From an uncultured archaeon (GTDB lineage Archaea; Asgardarchaeota; Lokiarchaeia; Sigyniarchaeales; Promethearchaeaceae), in contig CAYRPF010000004.1 of assembly GCA_964426185.1 (NCBI GenBank), positions 33,544-65,543 on the forward strand: 32,000 nucleotides of DNA, given 5' to 3'. The number at the start of each line of letters is the position of its first letter. Positions within the stretch are counted from its first letter, which is position 1. Shown here in pieces: positions 1 to 7,033 of the stretch. Position numbers and translations under genes: made by a program. The notes below the pieces were generated by a model that saw only the letters and a list, made by a program, of their open reading frames with translations, did not search any database and was not told the DNA's origin.

Positions 1-218
1 ACTCTTTTAAAAGATTGCATTTGCTTTTTGCAAATTCTTCTTTCTTGATTTTATTCGTAATTTTCTTAAAAGATTTCTAAAAGATTGAACTTAAATTTAA
101 ATTGATCATTATTTAACTTGGAGTATAAATACGTGCTAAAGCTATAAAGGAAATTTTTACTTAATATTAGTATTAAACAAATTTGTAGATTTTATTTAAT
201 CAAATTGAGCGAATCTAG

Positions 219-707
219 ATGAATAATACCGATCATGAAATTGGCATAGCTTTAAGTCATTACCATCAAAAATTAGGGCCTCAATTCGTTGTTATTGCCT
301 TTGATTTTACAAAATTTGATAACGTCGCTCAATACAATATACTTCAAGACAGTATTTCCACTCGTTCGAATGATTTGGCATTATTTCTTTCCACTAAAGA
401 TTATATTCACTATATAATTCGAATTAAGAAAATCAAAATTCTTGATTCACAAGCTCGAGGAGGAGTGCAGAGATACGCCTTAGTTTTCCTGTTACCAAAT
501 GATATTCATTTGAATCATTCTTATTTTGATGAAATCTATAAAGATATTCAGCAGAAATTGAATCAAGGAAAAAGTGTTAGACAAACCATCCAATCTTGGC
601 ATCAAAGGATTAATGAACAATTTGGATTTATTAGAGATAGTGAAAAAGTTGAAATTGTTAAAAGATTTGGAACAACACGCCGTTCCACTCAGTATGATTT
701 GTTATAA
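219..707 (+). CDS. Folliculin/SMCR8-like longin (uDENN) domain protein, putative GTPase-activating protein
   Basis: N-terminal IALSHYHQKLGP resembles the FLCN N-terminus (recalled as VALCHFCELHGP). DSQARGGVQRYALVFL resembles the FLCN arginine-finger loop (recalled as [14 protein letters not shown]). Arg80 is codon CGA at 456-458. 162 aa fits a single longin domain. Confidence 0.7.
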   Translation: MNNTDHEIGIALSHYHQKLGPQFVVIAFDFTKFDNVAQYNILQDSISTRSNDLALFLSTKDYIHYIIRIKKIKILDSQARGGVQRYALVFLLPNDIHLNHSYFDEIYKDIQQKLNQGKSVRQTIQSWHQRINEQFGFIRDSEKVEIVKRFGTTRRSTQYDLL

Positions 708-773
708 TTACTTTCTGGCTCATGAATTAGAAATTTAATATCGCATTTTTCATTATTTTTACTAAGAATAAAT

Positions 774-803
774 AGAAGACTCTTTTTTAGAAGACTCTTT
801 TTT
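774..803. repeat. Perfect 15-bp tandem duplication (AGAAGACTCTTTTTT x2)
   Basis: Copies at 774-788 and 789-803, ending 6 nt before the ATG at 810. Confidence 0.9.
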
Positions 804-809
804 ATTTTT

Positions 810-1982
810 ATGGAACACGAAAATTATGTAAATATCTCATTAGAAAAGTTGTGGCAACTTGAATATGACTGCTTTTTGGGAATGGGCGTTCCCGAAGAAG
901 ATGCCCGAATTTGCGCTGATGTTCTGTTTGAAGCGGATAAGCGCGGTATTGATTCTCATGGTGTGGGCAGATTATTTATGTATTATGCCCGAATTCGCCG
1001 AAAACAACAAACCCCAGTTACAAAAATTACTGTTGAAAGAGATAGTGGGGCTATTGCACGATTAAACGCACATAACGGGATGGGTCAACCTGTTTCTCAT
1101 AAAGCTATGCAAATGGCAATTGATAAAGCAAAAAAGTTTGGAATTGGCATGGTTACTGTAGGAGAATCAAATCATTATGGCATTGCGGGTTATTATTCGT
1201 TAATGGCTTCAAAACAAGGATGTATTGGGATTAGTGGTACCAATGCCCGACCTTCAATTGCGCCGACATGGAGTGTAGAGCCTATGCTTGGAACAAATCC
1301 TCTTACCATTGCTTTTCCCACAGATTATGAACCCACAGGAGATCATTGGTTTGCCGATCACGCAACCTCAATTACTCAACGCGGGAAAATTGAATGGTAT
1401 GCCCGCCTTCACAAACCTGCAGTTAAAGGATGGGTTATTAATTCAAAAGGAGAAAATCCTACCGATTCTGAACAAATTCTACGAGATATGATTGAAAAAA
1501 AAGCCGCATTAACTCCATTGGGAGGATCGGGGGAAGAATTAGGGGGATATAAAGGGTATAATTATGCTACTTTTGTCGAAGTTATGTCAGCTGCTCTTTC
1601 TTCTGCTAATTTTCTTCAAAATTGCCTAGGATTTCACATGGAAGATGGGAAGAAGGTTTTCGTGCCTTATCGATTAGGCCATTTCTTTATTGCAATTGAT
1701 ATTGAACATTTTGAAGATTTAGAGAAGTTTAAGAAAACTACCGGAGAAATTCTCCGCAAATGTGCTAATGCAAAATTACAACCAGGTGCAGAACATATAT
1801 ATGTAGCTGGAGAAAAGGAATATACCACCGAGATGGATAGAATTAATTCGGGAGTACCTTTATCAAAAGCGACTCAACTTCAAATTTTGCAGATGATTGA
1901 AGAATTGCAGTTAAATAAAGATCATTATGGGGTCAAATGGGCCGTAAAATATGAAGGCTCCGTTGATTCTCAAGGATGGTGA
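810..1982 (+). CDS. Ldh_2 family (type 2 malate/L-lactate/sulfolactate dehydrogenase-like) NAD(P)-dependent oxidoreductase
   Basis: Motifs ADKRGIDSHGV, ESNHYGIAGYY, GTNPL, PLGG..GYKG and GHFFIAID are typical of the YbiC/ComC/AllD family. Substrate cannot be assigned. Confidence 0.9.
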   Translation: MEHENYVNISLEKLWQLEYDCFLGMGVPEEDARICADVLFEADKRGIDSHGVGRLFMYYARIRRKQQTPVTKITVERDSGAIARLNAHNGMGQPVSHKAMQMAIDKAKKFGIGMVTVGESNHYGIAGYYSLMASKQGCIGISGTNARPSIAPTWSVEPMLGTNPLTIAFPTDYEPTGDHWFADHATSITQRGKIEWYARLHKPAVKGWVINSKGENPTDSEQILRDMIEKKAALTPLGGSGEELGGYKGYNYATFVEVMSAALSSANFLQNCLGFHMEDGKKVFVPYRLGHFFIAIDIEHFEDLEKFKKTTGEILRKCANAKLQPGAEHIYVAGEKEYTTEMDRINSGVPLSKATQLQILQMIEELQLNKDHYGVKWAVKYEGSVDSQGW

Positions 1983-1995
1983 AATTGAAAATATC

Positions 1996-2026
1996 TTTTT
2001 TTTTGGAATTATTCCAAAAATTTTTT
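1996..2026 (+). terminator. Putative terminator: T9 tract, 10-bp inverted repeat, then T6 tract
   Basis: TTTTTGGAAT (2000-2009), T, ATTCCAAAAA (2011-2020), flanked by oligo-T and starting 13 nt after the stop at 1982. Confidence 0.5.
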
Positions 2027-2144
2027 CCAATTTTTCTCAAAATAATAGATTAACTACAAAAAAGCTATTTATTAAACTATGATTTTTCTCTGATCGTTTT
2101 TATCCGAAATTTCCGGGAGAAACGGGGAAAAAGCAATTTTTTAA

Positions 2145-2163
2145 TGCCTAAAAATATATATAG
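2145..2163 (+). promoter_or_regulatory. Putative BRE/TATA promoter of the TBP-like gene
   Basis: CCTAAAAATATATATAG lies about 95 nt upstream of ATG 2256. A GAGGGG SD-like sequence at 2242-2247 fits a leadered mRNA. Confidence 0.4.
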
Positions 2164-2255
2164 ACAAATTACTATTTGTTAGTATACAACTAAAACTCGT
2201 TTCATGCAGCTTTGGAACTAAAACAAATGTGAAGGGTAAAAGAGGGGTTAAATAA

Positions 2256-2939
2256 ATGGAAATTCTTGAGATTCCAACTAAAAATAAAAAAATTGATGTC
2301 CATCAAGGAGATCTGGAATTTGAACTAAAACCAGATCAAACAAATTTTCCTTTTAAAATTATTAATATTGTTGTTTTGGCTAAAATGAAATTCGCAGATG
2401 CCGAAACTAAAATTGATTTTGATCAGCTGGAGAAAAATATTGAAGTGAAAAGATTGAATCGCTTTCCTTGTGTCTTGTTTAAAATTGACAATATCTCAAT
2501 AATTCTTTTTAAAAATGGAAAAGCCATTATCACAGGACTTAAAAAACACGAGCAGATTAACCGAATTGCTAAAAAAATGGAAAAATTACTTCGTAATCAA
2601 GGCAAGCTTCAATTTGAGAGTTTATCAACTGAAATTCAAAATTTAGTGATTATGTCACGTTTAGGCAAAATTGTGAATTTAGAATTAGCTTGCCTTACGC
2701 TTACTAACTGTTTATATGAACCCGAGCAATTTCCTGCCGCAATTGTTAAGACACCTCATGGAGGGACCTTCTTAATCTTTTCAAATAGTAAAATTATTGG
2801 ATTGGGTATGAGATCCATGGATATGGTTCGGAAATCCTTGAAATTTCTGATTAATGAGATTTTTGAAAACGATCTTTTCATTAACTTAAATGTGGAAGAA
2901 CCTTTGGAAGATCCATTCGATGATGATTTCTTTTTTTAA
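2256..2939 (+). CDS. tbp: TATA-box-binding protein family (divergent TBP)
   Basis: Two TBP repeats: IINIV...RFPCVLFKI...ILFKNGKAIITG and IQNLV...YEPEQFPAAIVK...LIFSNSKIIGLG. All four intercalating Phe positions are present. Acidic C-terminal tail. Confidence 0.88.
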   Translation: MEILEIPTKNKKIDVHQGDLEFELKPDQTNFPFKIINIVVLAKMKFADAETKIDFDQLEKNIEVKRLNRFPCVLFKIDNISIILFKNGKAIITGLKKHEQINRIAKKMEKLLRNQGKLQFESLSTEIQNLVIMSRLGKIVNLELACLTLTNCLYEPEQFPAAIVKTPHGGTFLIFSNSKIIGLGMRSMDMVRKSLKFLINEIFENDLFINLNVEEPLEDPFDDDFFF

Positions 2940-2969
2940 ATGTGTTATATTATTGATGGATGAAAAAGA

Positions 2970-3398
2970 ATGCAAATTGATAATAAACCCATCAAAAGTT
3001 CTATTGGAGAAATTCAAAATCTTATTAATGATTTTTTAACTAGTTTAAGAAATATAACCGTTCCTTCCCGTGAAGAGGTAATTTTACAAGAATATCGTAA
3101 AAAGATTGAAATTACTGCTCCTTGGGTGTCAGAATTAAATTTCATTCCCGCTCAAAAATTAGATGGACTTGCATCATTAACAACATCTGATGGAAAAAAA
3201 CTCAAACGAGATGAATTATTAGAGCAAATTTCAAATAATCCTGCTGAAAAAACACGTATTATTAATGAATTTTTAAGCTTATTTCCCGATATTAGTGTTT
3301 CAGACCGAACGGTTTTGCTGAATTTTATGAAAGAACTTCCTCCTCAACAATTAGAGGTCGAATTTCAAAAAATTTGTGAATTGTTTAGTACTGAGTAG
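2970..3398 (+). CDS. Hypothetical protein (predicted helical)
   Basis: 142-aa ATG ORF, 30 nt after tbp on the same strand. No motif recognised. Confidence 0.7.
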   Translation: MQIDNKPIKSSIGEIQNLINDFLTSLRNITVPSREEVILQEYRKKIEITAPWVSELNFIPAQKLDGLASLTTSDGKKLKRDELLEQISNNPAEKTRIINEFLSLFPDISVSDRTVLLNFMKELPPQQLEVEFQKICELFSTE

Positions 3399-3436
3399 AA
3401 TTAGAGTGATTTTAATTACTTTGAATCAATTTCCCC

Positions 3437-3450
3437 AAATAATTTAATAC
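3437..3450 (+). promoter_or_regulatory. Putative TATA box for a leaderless transcript of 3477..5165
   Basis: AAATAATTTAATAC; the TTTAATA core (3443-3449) ends 27 nt before the ATG. The AT-rich background limits certainty. Confidence 0.35.
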
Positions 3451-3476
3451 TTAAAGCTATAGCATATATATTAGAA

Positions 3477-5165
3477 ATGGATTTTAATACTGCATTAGAA
3501 AAATTAAGTAATATTTATCGAAAAGTTGACCAAGCGCAAAATATAAAGCCTGGATTTGGGGATTTTTATCTAAAGTATCCCGCAAAGGTAGGCTACGGAT
3601 TTCTCTATATTTTGATGAGTCCGCCACAACGTCGATATAAAGGGAAAAAAAAGGATTTAGATAAACTTTTGAATAAAAGTGCAAAATCCAATCGTGTTAT
3701 TCTTCCGAAAGACTTTGACGAAATTGTTTATTATCTTTATCAGAATTTTTCAAATTTGGTTAAATCTCGCAATCAAATTCTTAATAAACTTGAAGAAATT
3801 ATCGCTGGTCTTCGGTTGGAACTTCATTTCTTTCATAATTTGAAATTTGCGGTAAAAGATCCCAGTAAAATTGATATGATTGTTTTCGAAAATTCTTCAA
3901 AGAGAGAATTTTGGGCTTATGTCAATCTTGTTGGTTTTGAAGAAACTGGATTAGCCCTTGCCCATGAACGCCAAATAGAATTTATTCGGGAAAATTTAAA
4001 AAAAGGGATTGACCCCCGTGATCTTCATTCTTTACCACCTTTACGAACAGGTGAAACCAAAGTTGATTTTTCAAAGCAGAAAGCGAATCAAACAGGTAAA
4101 AGACCGAAAGAAAGTGAACTCGTTCAAAAATTTCGAGAAAAATTGAAACAGAAAAAAGTTCAAGGTGAAGTTGAAGAAGAACTTGCATTTGAAACAGTTA
4201 TTGATTTCTCTAAACAAGATCGAGTATCTATTACACCGAATCCAACTGTAAATTCATCTTCAAGATCGGAGTCAAATCAGTTTGAAATAAAAGAAAAGGA
4301 AGAAGCTAGCATCGATGAAACAAAAATAGTTAAAGAATCTGGGTATCAGAGAATTGGAACTAAATCAGAAAACCCAGTACTAAACGAACCTATTGTAAAT
4401 ATTAAGCCATACATTGATATTCCTAAACCGTCACCTTTATCAAGCGATTCGATTATAAATTCATCCGACCCAGATTTGAAACAAAATTCTTCTCCTTTAA
4501 CTATCGAAGAACCTTCTCACAAACCCAATTCACTCCCCCCTCCTTTATCATTAGAAGAAGGCGTTAAATTATCGACTGGTTTCACTCCCAAAGAGTTTCA
4601 CGAATTACAAGAAGAAAATAAAATACTAAAAATTCAATTAGAACAAGTTACTGATGCTCTTACCAAGAAGATCGAACAAAAAGATAAGGAAATTCAAAGT
4701 TTGAATGAAAAACTCAACCAATTAAGTGATCAAAAACAAGTTCTTCTGGAAAAATACGAATCAATTCAACAGAATTATAAAAAATTACAAAGTGATACCA
4801 CAGAAAAAATGCGAAACTTCCGCGAGAAAGTTCAGAAGATTCAAGATCGAATTCAACCCTTAATTAAGGAAAATCAACAACTTAAAGCAAAATGGGAACA
4901 TGAAATTCATCAGCAAAAAGTAGGAGATAACATAGAACTTATCAACCAAAACCTTACATTACAAGAAAAAGTAGAGCAATTAACCAATCAAAATGCCCAA
5001 CTCATCGAAATATTAAAGAAAATTCAACAATCTCACTCTTCTTCATCAGAATCATTTAATAATAAGGAAACTGCCTCCGAATTAAAAGCAGCTCTCCTTT
5101 ACTCATTACAAGAAAAGCACAAACAATTAAAAAAGCAGCAAGATCAGCAAGAAAAAGGAAAATAG
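3477..5165 (+). CDS. Hypothetical protein: N-terminal globular domain, Ser/Pro-rich linker, long C-terminal coiled coil
   Basis: 562 aa. PKPSPLSSDS...NSLPPPLS is low complexity. Heptad-like E/Q/K/L runs extend from about aa 375 to the end (LQEENKILKIQLEQVTDALTKKIEQKDKEIQSLNEKLNQL). Confidence 0.8.
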   Translation: MDFNTALEKLSNIYRKVDQAQNIKPGFGDFYLKYPAKVGYGFLYILMSPPQRRYKGKKKDLDKLLNKSAKSNRVILPKDFDEIVYYLYQNFSNLVKSRNQILNKLEEIIAGLRLELHFFHNLKFAVKDPSKIDMIVFENSSKREFWAYVNLVGFEETGLALAHERQIEFIRENLKKGIDPRDLHSLPPLRTGETKVDFSKQKANQTGKRPKESELVQKFREKLKQKKVQGEVEEELAFETVIDFSKQDRVSITPNPTVNSSSRSESNQFEIKEKEEASIDETKIVKESGYQRIGTKSENPVLNEPIVNIKPYIDIPKPSPLSSDSIINSSDPDLKQNSSPLTIEEPSHKPNSLPPPLSLEEGVKLSTGFTPKEFHELQEENKILKIQLEQVTDALTKKIEQKDKEIQSLNEKLNQLSDQKQVLLEKYESIQQNYKKLQSDTTEKMRNFREKVQKIQDRIQPLIKENQQLKAKWEHEIHQQKVGDNIELINQNLTLQEKVEQLTNQNAQLIEILKKIQQSHSSSSESFNNKETASELKAALLYSLQEKHKQLKKQQDQQEKGK

Positions 5166-5187
5166 CTCTAATATCTCACATATTATA

Positions 5188-6453
5188 TTATACTATTTTC
5201 AAATGATCCTTAATTTTTTGAGTATATTGATTAAGTTCAGTGGACGGTATTTTGGGCGAAAATAAAATTACTTGTTCCAGCCCTAAATCATCAATTACTG
5301 AATAAGAAATATTAAAATTGGGCATTTTCAAATTAAACCATTCTAAAGGATGATTGTTCCATTTAGAAATGGCTTCAATTTGTTCTATTAGTGACATCAT
5401 TTGAGATCTTGGGAATTTTGTCAAATCATAGCTATTGTATTCAAAGAATATTTTATTGGTTTTTAAAAATACCACACCGTAGGAACTCACGTTTTTCATA
5501 ATTTTTTTTATAACTTGATTAATTTTATGAGCTCTCTCTGAAATTTGGCTTAAAATTTGCTGCATTATGAAAATTAATTCAGGTAAATATGGTTTTATGA
5601 TACTGGTAAAAAACAAGTCATCTGCTTTATCCTTCAATCGCTCAGAAACAGAATTTTTAAAAATTTCTAAAGCTGAAGGCTCAATCAAATCAATTTTATG
5701 ACAAAAAACAAATAAATGTGACGTTGATTTATTTTTTACCAGCTTTCGCTGAATTTTTTCCAAATGTATCAAGATGTTTTTAGAATTTGACTCCCAATAT
5801 GAAGGATCAAAGACATAAATTACTTCATCACATCCATCAAAGGGATCTATATCTGTTTTTGGTTCATCTGCTAAAAATTCTTCAATTTCCTGGCCGGCTA
5901 AGTCTGCGATACCGAGATCAAGATCAAAATAATCAAAATTAAAATACATTAACCCATAAGTAGGTTCCAATGGTTTATGTAGTAATTCATCAGGTGAAGC
6001 CGATTCAAAAAAGATTTTTTTAATACTTGTTTTACCCACTGCACTTGGTCCAACAAAAAGCATTTTCCTGGAGGACTTTTTAGTAAAAACTTCATAAGCA
6101 ATCTCTTGAAAATAAGCGGCTCTCTCTGAATAACTGAGTTCAAAGAGTTTTTGTCCGTAACTAAATAATCTTTCCTTATATTGTGGAATTTGGGCGCCTT
6201 CATCCTCATGGAATACGGCAATCAGCATAACATAACCCAATTGAGTGAGTTTATCCTTAGGGCAATAGCTAACAATTATTTTATGATTTATCCGAAAATC
6301 AATTATCTCTGGTTCCTTTGATTTTGTTAATGAATGAGACATTAAAATTTTGTTAATTTCATTCATGGATAGTGAAACTGCCTTTGGTATTATCTTCCGC
6401 ATAATAGTTCCTTGGGCAGTGTCCCATTCTGCTAATCCTAAACCAATAGGCAT
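5188..6453 (-). CDS. Rag/Gtr1-like small GTPase with N-terminal longin(uDENN)-like and C-terminal roadblock-like domains
   Basis: G1 GPSAVGKTS (aa 135-143), G2 LEPT, G3 DLAGQE, G4 HKID, G5 FTSI; HKxD and TSI are Rag-type. The ~125-aa N-domain starts LGLAEWDTAQG. The ~110-aa C-domain has an alpha-beta-beta-alpha-beta-beta-beta-alpha pattern. Confidence 0.82.
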   Translation of the reverse strand: MPIGLGLAEWDTAQGTIMRKIIPKAVSLSMNEINKILMSHSLTKSKEPEIIDFRINHKIIVSYCPKDKLTQLGYVMLIAVFHEDEGAQIPQYKERLFSYGQKLFELSYSERAAYFQEIAYEVFTKKSSRKMLFVGPSAVGKTSIKKIFFESASPDELLHKPLEPTYGLMYFNFDYFDLDLGIADLAGQEIEEFLADEPKTDIDPFDGCDEVIYVFDPSYWESNSKNILIHLEKIQRKLVKNKSTSHLFVFCHKIDLIEPSALEIFKNSVSERLKDKADDLFFTSIIKPYLPELIFIMQQILSQISERAHKINQVIKKIMKNVSSYGVVFLKTNKIFFEYNSYDLTKFPRSQMMSLIEQIEAISKWNNHPLEWFNLKMPNFNISYSVIDDLGLEQVILFSPKIPSTELNQYTQKIKDHLKIV

Positions 6454-6503
6454 AAGTAATCCCGTTCAATTAATTTTTATTTCTATATCTGAATTACATA
6501 TTT

Positions 6504-7016
6504 CTACCACAATGAATTTGCAATGTAGGCAAACATTTCTCTAATATTATCACCTGTTTTGGCTGAAGTTGGAAAAACCTTCATGTTATATCGTGCTTCT
6601 AATTCTTTTACAATCTTTTCTGCATTTTCTGGTTCTAAAATATCTGTTTTATTTAATGCAATTAGGAATGGGACATCTTCTCCTGCATGTTTTCGAATAT
6701 CATCAATCCAAGGTTGAATAAATTCATTGGTAATTCTATTGTAATCTACCACAATGATTACGAAATTACTAAATGAAAGATATTGCGAACGCATGGTCGC
6801 AAATGATATCTGCGATGCGAGGTCCCATATCTGAATAATCAACTGATCATCTTTTTCAGATTTCGCAGAAGGTTTAGAAAATGTATGTTCATAAAAATCA
6901 ACTCCCAAAGTAACTAAATAGGAGTTTGAAAATGTCCCTTTGGTAAATCTAACCACAATAGAGGTTTTTCCGACTCCATCATTTCCAACCAAACAGATTT
7001 TCTTTTGAATTCTCAT
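6504..7016 (-). CDS. Rab-like small GTPase (atypical G3 DLASQ)
   Basis: KICLVGNDGVGKTS, YLVTLGVDF (RabF1-like), IQIWDLASQ, NKTD, TSAKTG. No C-terminal Cys prenylation motif. Confidence 0.92.
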   Translation of the reverse strand: MRIQKKICLVGNDGVGKTSIVVRFTKGTFSNSYLVTLGVDFYEHTFSKPSAKSEKDDQLIIQIWDLASQISFATMRSQYLSFSNFVIIVVDYNRITNEFIQPWIDDIRKHAGEDVPFLIALNKTDILEPENAEKIVKELEARYNMKVFPTSAKTGDNIREMFAYIANSLW

Positions 7017-7033
7017 TTTGATATTGATATCTC

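Noticed and set aside
8-86. Three copies of TAAAAGATT (8-16, 67-75, 78-86) and a possible minus-strand ATG at 20-18
   Set aside because: Short AT-rich 9-mers are expected by chance here, the spacing is not CRISPR-like, and too little sequence is visible to call a gene.
1980-2026. TGA stop followed by a hairpin as a possible selenocysteine/SECIS signal
   Set aside because: Another in-frame TGA follows two codons later, the protein is already full length, and the AU-rich dyad lacks SECIS core features.
2188-2224. AACTAAAAC repeated twice in the tbp leader
   Set aside because: Low complexity; similar strings also occur inside the coding sequence.
3477-5165. Coiled-coil protein as SMC/Rad50 or ESCRT-III
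   Set aside because: No Walker motifs, hinge or zinc hook, and the size and layout do not match Snf7/CdvB.
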